The notes: a model not told the origin generated them from the sequence alone. A DNA stretch of 64,000 nucleotides from an uncultured Candidatus Saccharibacteria bacterium (GCA_964634305.1 CAZWLE010000001.1:1128-65127), one strand, 5' to 3'; shown: positions 27,502 through 37,592, counted from the stretch's first letter. Program-made: numbers and translations.

Positions 27502-28497
27502 ATGGAAACATCCTACGAGTCTGAGCTCGTTAAGGTCAGAAATGGCCGGGATGTCTCGTTTTTCGACCTTTACTCCATAGACCAGTTGTCGCGCGAGGAT
27601 ATCGCGCTTCTTTTTGACCTAGCAAAGACCTTTAAGAAGGCAAAGACCGCAAAGCTCACTCTCCTTAAAGGGAAGTCTCAAGTGAACGCCTTCTTTGAAG
27701 CGTCGACCCGTACGATGTCGTCGTTTGACCTTGCGGCAAAGCACCTCGGTATGGATACGACCAGTGTGAGTGGGAGTAACTCTTCATCTAAGAAGGGAGA
27801 GAGTTTTATAGATACGGTGGAGACGCTCGACGCATACAATCTTTCAACGATTGTTATCCGCTGCACGCAGGCGGGCGGTCCAGAGCTTGCGTCACGCCAT
27901 ATTGGCGCTGCAGTTATTAACGCCGGTGACGGTTGGCACGAGCACCCTACGCAGGGTCTTCTTGATGCGTTCACTATCTGCGAGGAGTTCGGCACCCTCG
28001 ACCTCTCGGGTCGCACCGTGACGATAGTAGGTGACATTACGCACTCGCGCGTGTTTGGCTCTCTCGTACGTATTCTTAAGAAGCTTGGCGCAACGGTGCG
28101 TGTTGCGGCGCCTGAAACCTTCTTTCCGCAAGGCGTCGAAGCATTTGGCATTGAGACCTTTACCGATGTTGATGCAGCGGTGACGGGGGTGGATGTCATT
28201 TACGCACTACGCGTTCAGGAAGAGCGTGGTGCAAAGGGCGATATTCCAACGATGCGTGAATACTCTAAAACCTTTGGCGTTAATCCTCGTCGTCTCGCAC
28301 TCGCTAAGCCAACCGCGATAGTTATGCATCCAGGACCTGTCATGCGCGATATCGATGTGCATTCCTCTCTCGTGTCTCGTCACCCACAGTCACGCATTCT
28401 TGCGCAGGTAGAGAACGGCATGGCGATTCGCAAAGCCATTTTGTACGTCCTCGCGGAGCGCTGTGACGGTAAAACTAAGGACTACACCCTCGTATGA
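27502..28497 (+). CDS. pyrB: Aspartate carbamoyltransferase catalytic subunit
   Basis: FFEASTRT, KKGES, NAGDG.HEHPTQ, GDITHSRV, RVQEER, HPGP. Confidence 0.95.
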   Translation: METSYESELVKVRNGRDVSFFDLYSIDQLSREDIALLFDLAKTFKKAKTAKLTLLKGKSQVNAFFEASTRTMSSFDLAAKHLGMDTTSVSGSNSSSKKGESFIDTVETLDAYNLSTIVIRCTQAGGPELASRHIGAAVINAGDGWHEHPTQGLLDAFTICEEFGTLDLSGRTVTIVGDITHSRVFGSLVRILKKLGATVRVAAPETFFPQGVEAFGIETFTDVDAAVTGVDVIYALRVQEERGAKGDIPTMREYSKTFGVNPRRLALAKPTAIVMHPGPVMRDIDVHSSLVSRHPQSRILAQVENGMAIRKAILYVLAERCDGKTKDYTLV

Positions 28498-29786
28498 GCA
28501 CGCTGCTTATAAAAAACGGACATGTTATCGACCCAGCAAATGGGATTGATGACGTTATGGATATCTACGTCGAAGACGGAACGATAGCAGCGGTTGGCAC
28601 GAGTCTGAAGCAAAACGCAGAAGAGACGATTGATGCTACTGGTCTTGTCGTCACTCCAGGGTTGGTCGACATGCATGTGCACCTGCGAGAGCCAGGTCGT
28701 GAAGACCAGGAAACGATAGAGACCGGCGCAAAAGCAGCGATAGCGGGTGGGGTTACGTCGATTGCGGCGATGCCAAATACTGCGCAAGTTGCAGACAATC
28801 AGACGGTGATTGAGTTTGTGCGCAATCGCGCGGCGGCACTTGGCCTGGCAAACGTATATCCGGTTGGTGCAACGACTAAGCGCATAGAAGGCGAGATGCT
28901 TGCTGAGATGTGGGAAATGAAGCGCTCTGGAGCGGTTGCAGTTACTGATGACGGCGCGGATGTCGACAACGACAATCTCCTTCTCAAGGCCATGGAGTAC
29001 GCGAAGACGCACGACATGCTTGTTATTAGTCACTGCGAGACAGAAGACTTGTCTGACGGTGGCGTCATGCATGAAGGCTGGGTATCAACGCAGCTTGGTC
29101 TTCCGGGTATCCCGGAAGTGGCGGAAGATCTTGCGGCACATAAGAGTATTCTTCTTGCACGTCGTTCCGGTGCTCGCTCGCACCTCACGCATCTTTCAAC
29201 AAAAGGTGCGGTGCAGTCGTTACGCGACGCAAAAGCTACGGGCATGACGAATGTCACCGGTGATGCCTCTATTCAGCACCTCTGCCTTACGGACGAAGAA
29301 TGTTTTGGATACAACACGGCCGCTAAGATGTATCCGCCGCTTCGTCCTGACGACCATCGTCTTGAAGTCGTGAAGGCACTCAAGGACGGAACGATAGATG
29401 CGATAACGACTGACCATGCGCCACATATTGAACCGGACAAGCTAAAGCCATTCCAGGATGCAGCGCGCGGCACGATAGGCCTTGAGACGTCATTTGCTGC
29501 AGCAAACACCTACCTTGTTGGTGAAGGACATCTCACGCTTGCTGAGGTTGTTGCGCTGATGACCCACAAGCCTGCAGCAATACTTCGTATCCCGAAGGGT
29601 ACCCTCGCTGTCGGTGCTGATGCAGACATTGCGTTGTTTGATACTAAGAAGAAATGGACGGTAGACCCGTCGGTATTCCAGTCGAAGAGTAAGAACTCTG
29701 TGTTCGCTGGTAAGGAGCTTGTCGGTAAGGCGGTGCACACGGTCGTTGCTGGCGTGGTGAAGTATCGAGATGGGGCGATAGTGTAG
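28494..29786 (+). CDS. pyrC: Dihydroorotase
   Basis: DMHVHLREPG, AMPNT, TDHAPH, GADADI. Confidence 0.95.
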   Translation: MSTLLIKNGHVIDPANGIDDVMDIYVEDGTIAAVGTSLKQNAEETIDATGLVVTPGLVDMHVHLREPGREDQETIETGAKAAIAGGVTSIAAMPNTAQVADNQTVIEFVRNRAAALGLANVYPVGATTKRIEGEMLAEMWEMKRSGAVAVTDDGADVDNDNLLLKAMEYAKTHDMLVISHCETEDLSDGGVMHEGWVSTQLGLPGIPEVAEDLAAHKSILLARRSGARSHLTHLSTKGAVQSLRDAKATGMTNVTGDASIQHLCLTDEECFGYNTAAKMYPPLRPDDHRLEVVKALKDGTIDAITTDHAPHIEPDKLKPFQDAARGTIGLETSFAAANTYLVGEGHLTLAEVVALMTHKPAAILRIPKGTLAVGADADIALFDTKKKWTVDPSVFQSKSKNSVFAGKELVGKAVHTVVAGVVKYRDGAIV

Positions 29787-29790
29787 TCGT

Positions 29791-30567
29791 ATGGATGTCG
29801 TCGCATTCCTTGAGGCCACTCCTAGGCTTCTTGAAGCGAACGCATCAATCGTACTCGTCATCGCGGGTGTATGTACCGGTATCATTGCAACTGTAATAGG
29901 AGGCGGGATGTTCTTTGCTCTCCCCGTCTTTCAGTTTTTATATCCTGGCGTACCAGCGGGTGTACTGGTGGGAAATATTAAAGTTGGGTCACTCATTCGT
30001 GGTATTGGCTCAGCGCTTTCTACGTTCCGACTCATCGATTTTCGGCACACGATTCGTATCTCGCTCGTTGCCTTTATTGGAACGATTATTGGCGCAAGTA
30101 TTGTTGCAGACCTAGACCAGCGGTGGCTGTTTTTCATAACGGTTGTCTCGGTACTGGTTGCGGAGTTTTCTCCACGTCTTGCGCGCTACGTCACCGAGCG
30201 AACATTTGCGATAGCGTCCTTTCTTATTGGTGTGTACACGGGTTTTCTTGGTGCGGGGACGGGTATCTTGTTGGTTGCACTGCTTCGTCTTAAGCATGCT
30301 GCTGATACGGATATAGGAAAGGTGAAAGCGAACGCACGATTCGCAGAAACCTTTCTGGGTATTAGCGCGGTAGCGGTTCATTTCTTTCATGGAAATCTTG
30401 TGCCGGCGCTATGGATTCCTTGGTCGATTGGTGCACTCATTGGCGGCGTGATTGGTGGTGTGGTGCTGGTACACATTAGTAACCTCTCAGGACCGCTCCA
30501 GAAGCTTATCCTTCGCGTAGGGTTCGGGTTTGCGATACTAGTGTCGGCGCTCGCGTTCGTGCGCTAG
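29791..30567 (+). CDS. TauE/SafE-family membrane transporter
   Basis: GGG motif after TM1, GVYTGFLGAGTG repeat, multi-TM. Confidence 0.8.
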   Translation: MDVVAFLEATPRLLEANASIVLVIAGVCTGIIATVIGGGMFFALPVFQFLYPGVPAGVLVGNIKVGSLIRGIGSALSTFRLIDFRHTIRISLVAFIGTIIGASIVADLDQRWLFFITVVSVLVAEFSPRLARYVTERTFAIASFLIGVYTGFLGAGTGILLVALLRLKHAADTDIGKVKANARFAETFLGISAVAVHFFHGNLVPALWIPWSIGALIGGVIGGVVLVHISNLSGPLQKLILRVGFGFAILVSALAFVR

Positions 30568-30576
30568 AATCGAGGC

Positions 30577-31650
30577 ATGTTACAGACCCCCTTCTTCGAC
30601 CCGAAGAAAACGTATTACGAGAACTGGGAGGAAGGCCCCTTTGCTGGATTTGCGGATGGGGTCGTTCTTGAGGAACCTGCGCCGCGCTTTACGTTCCTTG
30701 GTGAGAAGATTGCGTACCCGCTTGGTATCCCTGCAGGGCCGCTGCTTAACGGAAAGTATGTTGATGCAGCACTAGATAAGGGATGGAGTGTGCCGGTGCA
30801 TAAGACGGTGCGCAGCGCTATACATCCCTGCAACGAGTGGCCAAACGTTCTTGCACTCAAAGATTTTCCTGGTGCGCTTTCCATAGAGCGAGCGCAGGAA
30901 CCAGTTGTGGTTAACGATGTCTACGAGGAACCGCTTTCTATTACGAACTCATTCGGTAATCCTTCGTACGACCCTACGGTCTGGCAGAACGATTTGCGTG
31001 CATCGCTTGCGCATGCGAAAGAAGGGCAGCTCGTTATGTGTTCATTTGAAGGTACGAAACGGGAAGGCATGTCGAGCGATGATTATGTCGCTGAGTGGGC
31101 AAACGGCATGAAAAGTGTTGCTGATACAGGCGTGAAGGTGGTTGAAGCGAATTTTAGTTGTCCGAACGAAGGCGCCGCCACGTTGCTCTGTTTTGATGTA
31201 CCAAAGGTAAAGACCGTCGTGACCGCGATAAAGGAGAAGATAGGTGACACAAAGCTCATTATTAAGATTGCGTTCTTTCAGCCTGACGCGCTTCGTAAAC
31301 TTGTCACGGAGGTTGGCAGTATCGTAGACGGATTTTCTGCCATTAACACTATTGCAGCGCCGGTCGTAAACGAAGACGGGTCACAGGCGCTCCCTGGTGC
31401 GCATCGCGTGAAGAGTGGTATCTGTGGCCATGCCATAAAGTGGGCAGGCCTTGATATGACGCGTCGTCTCGCGTCGCTCCGTGAGGAGCTTGGCATGAGC
31501 TACGGCATCATCGGATGTGGTGGGGTGACGGTACCGAGTGATTTCAAGGAGTTCCGTGACGCCGGTGCTGACATTGTTATGAGCGCTACGGGCGCTATGT
31601 GGAATCCGTACCTCGCCAAGGAGATAAAGGAGGCGTATCCTGACGCGTGA
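30577..31650 (+). CDS. pyrD: Dihydroorotate dehydrogenase-family FMN enzyme (class 1-like)
   Basis: GIPAGPL, KT, NSFG, NFSCPN (Cys base), INT, GCGGV; pyr context. Confidence 0.8.
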   Translation: MLQTPFFDPKKTYYENWEEGPFAGFADGVVLEEPAPRFTFLGEKIAYPLGIPAGPLLNGKYVDAALDKGWSVPVHKTVRSAIHPCNEWPNVLALKDFPGALSIERAQEPVVVNDVYEEPLSITNSFGNPSYDPTVWQNDLRASLAHAKEGQLVMCSFEGTKREGMSSDDYVAEWANGMKSVADTGVKVVEANFSCPNEGAATLLCFDVPKVKTVVTAIKEKIGDTKLIIKIAFFQPDALRKLVTEVGSIVDGFSAINTIAAPVVNEDGSQALPGAHRVKSGICGHAIKWAGLDMTRRLASLREELGMSYGIIGCGGVTVPSDFKEFRDAGADIVMSATGAMWNPYLAKEIKEAYPDA

Positions 31651-31651
31651 T

Positions 31652-32281
31652 ATGGAACAAGAACTCATCCGCATTTTGAAAGAAACGGGTGCTCTTATCC
31701 CTGATAGTCACTTTGTCGGTGTCTCCGGGCGTCACATGGATACGTATGTGAACAAAGATGCGCTTCTCACGCATCCAGAGGCTGCGTGTCGTGTAGGTGA
31801 GATGTTTGCGGAACTTAATAAGGAGCTAGACATTGAAGCTGTCATTGCACCTGCTATGGGCGCCATCATTCTTGGTCAGTGGACCGCGTATCACCTTGGA
31901 AAGTTAAAAGGGAAAGAAATCCTCTCGGTATATACCGACAAGGCTGACGGGGACGAGCAAGTGCTGAAGCGTGGCTACGATAAAGCGATTGCCGGTAAAA
32001 AGGTGCTCGCTATTGAAGACGTTATTACGACCGGAGGGTCGGTTAAGAAAAGTGCGGTAAAGGCTGCAGAAGCAGGGGCGATTGTGCTTCAGGCGTCGGT
32101 CATGATGAACAAGAATCCTGACGAAGTGACGAGTGAGTCACTTGGTATCCCGCTCTCATCTATAGCAACAATGGTCGTACCGACTTACACCGAAGAAGAA
32201 TGTCCACTTTGTGCGAGTGGTGTACCGGTTAATACAACGGTAGGACACGGAAAGCAGTTTATGCAGAAGAAGAATGCATGA
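31652..32281 (+). CDS. pyrE: Orotate phosphoribosyltransferase
   Basis: HF..SGRH..Y, IEDVITTGGS PRPP motif. Confidence 0.9.
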   Translation: MEQELIRILKETGALIPDSHFVGVSGRHMDTYVNKDALLTHPEAACRVGEMFAELNKELDIEAVIAPAMGAIILGQWTAYHLGKLKGKEILSVYTDKADGDEQVLKRGYDKAIAGKKVLAIEDVITTGGSVKKSAVKAAEAGAIVLQASVMMNKNPDEVTSESLGIPLSSIATMVVPTYTEEECPLCASGVPVNTTVGHGKQFMQKKNA

Positions 32282-32856
32282 CGACCTACCTGCTTCACGG
32301 CGGCATGGTGCGATATGACAACGAACACAACGATGCCTTTTTCAAGGCCATAGCCGACGCTATTCCGGAAAACGGTAAGGCGCTTGTGGTGTTATTTGCT
32401 TCAAAAGAAAATAATTGGCCTGAACAACTCGAAAACATGCAGGAACTGGTGCTTGCGCAGGCAGGAGGTAAATCAATTACGTTCTCCATCGCATCACGCG
32501 AGCATCTTATGGAGGAAATTGCCGCTTCTGATGCAGTGCTCATTCGTGGTGGTAGCACCAATATGTTGCTTGAAGCGCTGAGGAAATATCCTCTTTCAAG
32601 AGAATCGCTTGATGGGAAAGTGGTGGCAGGCTCGTCAGCTGGTGCATACGTACTTGCGGCATATGGATATGACAAATCAGAGAAAGCAGTGCGAGTGGGA
32701 CTTGGGTTGGTGCCAGTGAGAGTGCTATGCCACTATTTGAGTGATACGCCTGAAGAACGAACAGATGATACGGGAATAGCGGTTATGAATAGTGTGCATC
32801 AAGAACTTGAGCTAGTGGTATTAAAAGAGTGCGAATGGAAGCAATTTTCACTATGA
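32278..32856 (+). CDS. Peptidase S51 (peptidase E-like, class I GATase fold)
   Basis: IRGGST, AGSSAGA nucleophile elbow, GLGLV..CHY. Confidence 0.8.
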   Translation: MTTYLLHGGMVRYDNEHNDAFFKAIADAIPENGKALVVLFASKENNWPEQLENMQELVLAQAGGKSITFSIASREHLMEEIAASDAVLIRGGSTNMLLEALRKYPLSRESLDGKVVAGSSAGAYVLAAYGYDKSEKAVRVGLGLVPVRVLCHYLSDTPEERTDDTGIAVMNSVHQELELVVLKECEWKQFSL

Positions 32857-33533
32857 CCGACCGCATTGTTATTTCGGCCGATGAGCTAGGGGAGCAGGAG
32901 CTTCTCGCGCTCACGAGTGCCGTAGGGTCTGAGGTGTATGCAATAAAAATTCATGACCGGTACGACGCACTCGGTCCCTCTATCGTCGGTGCCCTTAAAG
33001 ATGCAGGGGCGCAGCGCGTATGGATGGACGCTAAGCTCCATGACATTCCAAATACGGCACGCGCACGCGCAAAGGCATTTGCCGAGAATGGGGTTGATAT
33101 TCTCACAGTGCATGCCTCTGGTGGCGTCGACATGATGCGTGCTGCAAAAGAAGGAGCACCGAACGCGGAAATCTTTGCTGTAACGGTACTCACATCACTC
33201 TCTGAGGAAACGACGGGGTTAGTGTATGGACGGTCATCTATGGAAACGGTACGTACCCTCGCGCATCTTGCTCAGGAAGCCGGTATTGACGGTGTGGTGT
33301 GTTCGGCAAAAGAAGTCGGCGTACTCTCCAAAGAACCAGCCCTCGACGGTCTTAAGTTCGTCGTGCCAGGGGTTCGCTCACCGGGCGCCGATGCGCACGA
33401 CCAGAAACGCGTGGCTACCCCTGCTGAAGCCATCAAGGACGGTGCATCTCTGCTCGTTATTGGTCGTCAGGTCACTACGGCTCAGGACCCAGTAGAAGCG
33501 CTCGCTGCTATTCGTGCGGAGCTTTCTTCATAA
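32853..33533 (+). CDS. pyrF: Orotidine-5'-phosphate decarboxylase
   Basis: DAKLHDIPNT, TVHASGG, VTVLTS, PGVR, DQKRV.TP, IGR. Confidence 0.95.
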   Translation: MTDRIVISADELGEQELLALTSAVGSEVYAIKIHDRYDALGPSIVGALKDAGAQRVWMDAKLHDIPNTARARAKAFAENGVDILTVHASGGVDMMRAAKEGAPNAEIFAVTVLTSLSEETTGLVYGRSSMETVRTLAHLAQEAGIDGVVCSAKEVGVLSKEPALDGLKFVVPGVRSPGADAHDQKRVATPAEAIKDGASLLVIGRQVTTAQDPVEALAAIRAELSS

Positions 33534-33580
33534 TTCATTCATTCAGTCTCAGTATTCTTACAGGCCTAACAGCAACCATT

Positions 33581-33916
33581 ATGACCATCATTCATTGGAT
33601 AGTGTCCGCGGCTGCGATTCTTATCGCTGCTTACCTTATTCCGGGTGTGACTGTAACGCTTGTGGGCGCATTGGTGCTCGCTATCGTACTCGCGCTCATC
33701 AACATCTTCCTTAAGCCAGTCATTTCACTTCTGACGCTGCCGATTAACATCGTGACGCTCGGACTCTTCTCACTGGTTGTTAACGCGCTTCTTATCCTGC
33801 TTGCTGGCATGATTGTCCCTGGTTTTTCTGTGGACGGCTTCTGGCCCGCATTCTTCTTCGCTATTGTCGTCTCACTCATCACGGCACTATTTGGTGGACT
33901 TGGTAAACGCGACTAA
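33581..33916 (+). CDS. YvlD/DUF360 4-TM (holin superfamily IV-like) membrane protein
   Basis: LKPV..LLTLPINIVTLGLF..VVNA, GF.V.GFW. Confidence 0.85.
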   Translation: MTIIHWIVSAAAILIAAYLIPGVTVTLVGALVLAIVLALINIFLKPVISLLTLPINIVTLGLFSLVVNALLILLAGMIVPGFSVDGFWPAFFFAIVVSLITALFGGLGKRD

Positions 33917-33938
33917 GTCTCTCTACATTCAAAATGAC

Positions 33939-33966
33939 GAAAGGCGGAGCTGTGGCTCCGCCTTTC
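33939..33966. terminator. Terminator between convergent genes
   Basis: GAAAGGCGGAGC-TGTG-GCTCCGCCTTTC. Confidence 0.8.
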
Positions 33967-33975
33967 TCGCGTTTG

Positions 33976-34191
33976 TCACGCGTGCGCTGTGCTGTGTGCG
34001 TGCGTTTTGGTGCGCCGCCATTCCAGGTTCCGCCGGTAGGTCTCTCGCTCAGTTTCTGACATGCAGCACATGATGCCTATGTCCATATTGAGCGAGTGAT
34101 GTGAACACGAACGGGGAATGAGGAAGCGGCCAATGAGCCGCCAATGCCACAAGCGCAGGTACTCGTCGAGGTCTTCAATAATATCGACCAT
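33976..34191 (-). CDS. Putative 71-aa SD-led orphan (MVDIIEDLDEYLRLWHWRL...), Cys/His-rich
   Basis: TATAGT -10, GGAGGT SD 6 nt from ATG 34191, ends at terminator. Confidence 0.55.
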   Translation of the reverse strand: MVDIIEDLDEYLRLWHWRLIGRFLIPRSCSHHSLNMDIGIMCCMSETERETYRRNLEWRRTKTHAHSTAHA

Positions 34192-34272
34192 AGCGACACC
34201 TCCAGAACCGACTATAAAGGATATCCTCTTCATGTGCGAGACGACGCCACTTAGCGCGTATACTGTGTCGTA

Positions 34273-37017
34273 ATGGCAATGACCTACGAGGGTCCAAAAG
34301 CTCCGCTATCTTCTCATGAGGAGGAGCTGGCACACTTGCGTGCGCAGGTAGAAGCAAAGGAACGTGAGCTGGAGGGAATGAAGCAAGGGAAGCCGCGCGA
34401 AACGGTCGTGCGAGAGCGTCTTCGTCATCACCTTGAGACACCCGTTGAATCGGTTACGCACCCCGAATTTCGTGTGAGTAGCGACGAAGCGCGCGAGATT
34501 GCGCTGAACCTCGACCCGGAAAGTGATGACGAAACCATGGAGGAACTCCGTCGCATTATGGAAGAACGGGGTATTCATGGGGCGTTTTCGGTCCTCGTAC
34601 AGATGAAGAGTCCGCATCTTGAAGATGACTTCCATCGCTTCCTCGTTGCGTACATTGGTGCGGGTATGAAAGTGAAAGGGCTTGGTGAGAACCAGCCAGA
34701 GTGGCGTGCTCTTCACATGACGCTCTATGAGGTCGCACTTCCCGAGCCTGATAGCGACCCGGACCAGGATGAGCGCTACAAGCACTTCAAGGAGCTAGTG
34801 TCCGCCATGGAGCAGTTTTATAGCGCCATGATGGCAGTAGAAGAAGCGTACGCGGGTGAGCCGCCGTACTTCTCTATGGAGCTTGCGGTACCTACCGATG
34901 CTCCGTACTTGCGGTTCTATGCGTCCGTGCCGCGCAGTCGCAAGGACCTCTTTGAAAAGCAGGTGCTCGCCATTTACCCAAAGGCCGTCATTCAAGAACA
35001 GCCAAACGATTACAACATCTTCCCGCAGGACGGATATTTTGCCGGTTCCTATGGAAAGCTTGCGTTGCCGCACCCACTCTCCCTTCGTGATTACACTGAG
35101 TTTGATTACGACCCGATAAACCTATTGCTTAACTCCTTCGACAAAATTCAAGGTGAAGGTGAGGGTGCAGCAGTGCAAATCATCATGAAGCCACGTGGTG
35201 ACCGCTACACTCGTGATTATCGCAAGATTCTTCGCCACCTTCGTAAAGGAGAGCAGCGCGACTATGCATTTGAGGTATCCGATGATCTCTTGTCTGAGCT
35301 TGGTCGTGAGTTTCGATGGATGTTCCGTTCAAAAGATAACGAACAAGCACGACACCCAGACGAACAGTCAGTAAAGTCGGTGGAACGGAAGATGAGCTCA
35401 CCGGTTATTGATACGAATATTCGTATCCTCTCTTCATCCCGTGACCATGGACGTGCTGAACAGGTACTGGGGGAACTTGAGGCAACATTTAATCAGTATG
35501 AGAGCACGGAAGGGAATCGTATTGTCTGGAAGCGGGTGACTAAGGGCGCGGCAAAGCGATTCTCTCGAGCGTTCTCATTCCGGTTGTTCTCGCACGAGTC
35601 GAAGATGCCGTTGTCGTTGAAAGAGGTAACGACGATGTATCACTTCCCACCAAAGGGTATTAAGTCGTCGCCACACCTCAAGCAATCCCGCTTTACGGCA
35701 AGCTCAGCACCTATTGAGCTATCAAAGGATGGCGTATTGCTTGGGACCAATACCTTCCGTGGTCAGACAACCGAGGTACGTCTCTCGCCTGCTGATCGTC
35801 TACGTCATCTGTATGTCATCGGACAGACCGGTACCGGTAAGACGTCGTTTATGAAAACGCTCATTGAGCAGGATATACGCGCAGGAAACGGTGTCTGCTT
35901 TATAGACCCGCACGGTAACGATATTTTGGATGTGCTCGCGTCCGTCCCGCCAGAACGCTATGAGGACGTTATCTACTTTGACCCCGCGTACCTCGACCGT
36001 CCGTACGGCTTGAACCTCCTTGAGTACGACCCACGCTTCCCTGAACAAAAGACCTTCATCGTTAACGAGCTCCTCGCTATCTTCAAACGTCTCTATGGTG
36101 ACGTGCCTGAGTCTATGGGTCCTGCCTTCGAACAGTACTTCCGCAACGCCACCATGCTCGTGATGGAAGACCCGGCGTCTGGTTCAACGATGTTTGATAT
36201 TGCGCGCGTACTTTCAAACAGTGAGTTCCGTAACCAGAAGCTCGCACGAAGCAATAACCCAGTCGTCAATCAGTTCTGGACTGAAATTGCGACGCGTGCA
36301 GAAGGCGAGGCGTCGCTTGCAAACATCGTGCCGTACATCACGAACAAGTTCGACGACTTCACGGCTAACGATTTCATGCGTCCGATTGTGGGTCAGCAGA
36401 ACTCGTCCTTTAACTTCCGTGAACTGATGGACAACAAGAAGATTCTTCTCGTGAATCTTTCTAAAGGTCGTCTTGGTGAGCGTAACGCGAACCTCCTTGG
36501 TCTTATCGTGGTCGGTAAGCTCTTTATGGCGGCACTCTCGCGTGCCGATAGTCCTGGCAAAGACTTCCCACCGTTCTACCTCTACATCGACGAGTTCCAG
36601 AACATCACGACGGATTCCATTCCTGGCATTCTCTCTGAAGCAAGAAAGTACAAGTTGTCTCTTACCATTGCGCACCAGTTCTTGAAGCAGATTGATGAAA
36701 AGATTCGTGACGCGGTCTTCGGTAACGTTGGTTCGATGGCGGTGTTCCGCGTCGGTGAAGAAGATGGTGAATTCTTTGCAAAGCAATTCGCACCGGTCTT
36801 CAAGGCACTTGATTTCGTAAATATCGAGAACTACAACGCCTACATCCGCATGCTCGCAAACGGCGTCCCGCAAAAGCCGTTCAATATTAAGAGTTTGGCG
36901 CCAGTCGCGGGCGATAAGGGCCAGATTGATGACCTTCGTGAGCTCTCATACCTCACGTATGGCCGGGACCGCGATGAGATTGAGACGATGATTCGCTCTC
37001 GCTACCTCAGCTGGTAG
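34273..37017 (+). CDS. VirD4/TrwB/HerA-like ATPase (T4SS coupling-protein domain) with long N-terminal extension
   Basis: RLRHLYVIGQTGTGKT, IDPHG, YIDEFQN, SEARKY.L...AHQ, GNVG. Confidence 0.85.
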   Translation: MAMTYEGPKAPLSSHEEELAHLRAQVEAKERELEGMKQGKPRETVVRERLRHHLETPVESVTHPEFRVSSDEAREIALNLDPESDDETMEELRRIMEERGIHGAFSVLVQMKSPHLEDDFHRFLVAYIGAGMKVKGLGENQPEWRALHMTLYEVALPEPDSDPDQDERYKHFKELVSAMEQFYSAMMAVEEAYAGEPPYFSMELAVPTDAPYLRFYASVPRSRKDLFEKQVLAIYPKAVIQEQPNDYNIFPQDGYFAGSYGKLALPHPLSLRDYTEFDYDPINLLLNSFDKIQGEGEGAAVQIIMKPRGDRYTRDYRKILRHLRKGEQRDYAFEVSDDLLSELGREFRWMFRSKDNEQARHPDEQSVKSVERKMSSPVIDTNIRILSSSRDHGRAEQVLGELEATFNQYESTEGNRIVWKRVTKGAAKRFSRAFSFRLFSHESKMPLSLKEVTTMYHFPPKGIKSSPHLKQSRFTASSAPIELSKDGVLLGTNTFRGQTTEVRLSPADRLRHLYVIGQTGTGKTSFMKTLIEQDIRAGNGVCFIDPHGNDILDVLASVPPERYEDVIYFDPAYLDRPYGLNLLEYDPRFPEQKTFIVNELLAIFKRLYGDVPESMGPAFEQYFRNATMLVMEDPASGSTMFDIARVLSNSEFRNQKLARSNNPVVNQFWTEIATRAEGEASLANIVPYITNKFDDFTANDFMRPIVGQQNSSFNFRELMDNKKILLVNLSKGRLGERNANLLGLIVVGKLFMAALSRADSPGKDFPPFYLYIDEFQNITTDSIPGILSEARKYKLSLTIAHQFLKQIDEKIRDAVFGNVGSMAVFRVGEEDGEFFAKQFAPVFKALDFVNIENYNAYIRMLANGVPQKPFNIKSLAPVAGDKGQIDDLRELSYLTYGRDRDEIETMIRSRYLSW

Positions 37018-37058
37018 GAGGGTCTTGTAGTAATTAGGCTGGTGGTATACTGCCGGAT

Positions 37059-37547
37059 ATGACCAAGGAAGCACCCGTGAATGTGACCCCAACCGCTATA
37101 GCTGTCGCGATAGCCGTGGTAGTAGCAATTGGATTCCTGTTCTTCGGCTCAGCTATCTTTACGCCGTTTTCACCGCCTGCCGGTGAGACGATGGAGATGA
37201 CGGCCGATTCTAATAATCAAGGTAACGGCACATCAATGATTACGGATACGGTGGTAGGAACGGGCGAGGTAGCAGTACCTGGTAAGACGGTAACGCTCAA
37301 TTACGTTGGTATGTTTGAAGACGGCACCATCTTTGATGCAAGTGAGCGTCATGGTCAGCCAATCTCCTTCGTACTCGGACAGGGCATGGTGATTCAGGGA
37401 TGGGAGCAGGGTATTGAAGGTATGAAGGTTGGCGGTAAGCGTCATCTTGTTATTCCTCCAGAACTCGCCTACGGCGCCGCTGGTCGCGGTTCTATCCCAC
37501 CAAACTCTACGCTCGTCTTCGACGTCGAGTTGCTTGAAGTTCGCTAG
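37059..37547 (+). CDS. Membrane-anchored FKBP-type peptidyl-prolyl isomerase
   Basis: YVG..DG.IFDAS, VIQGWEQG, IPPELAYG, IPPNSTLVFDVEL. Confidence 0.95.
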   Translation: MTKEAPVNVTPTAIAVAIAVVVAIGFLFFGSAIFTPFSPPAGETMEMTADSNNQGNGTSMITDTVVGTGEVAVPGKTVTLNYVGMFEDGTIFDASERHGQPISFVLGQGMVIQGWEQGIEGMKVGGKRHLVIPPELAYGAAGRGSIPPNSTLVFDVELLEVR

Positions 37548-37592
37548 CACTCGCGCTTGCCGCTACGTGCGGCTGTAGCGTAAGGTGCTCGT

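Noticed and set aside
33581-37017. Prophage or conjugative element (holin-like gene plus T4SS-like ATPase)
   Set aside because: YvlD-type proteins are chromosomal; no integrase, relaxase, capsid or VirB genes nearby.
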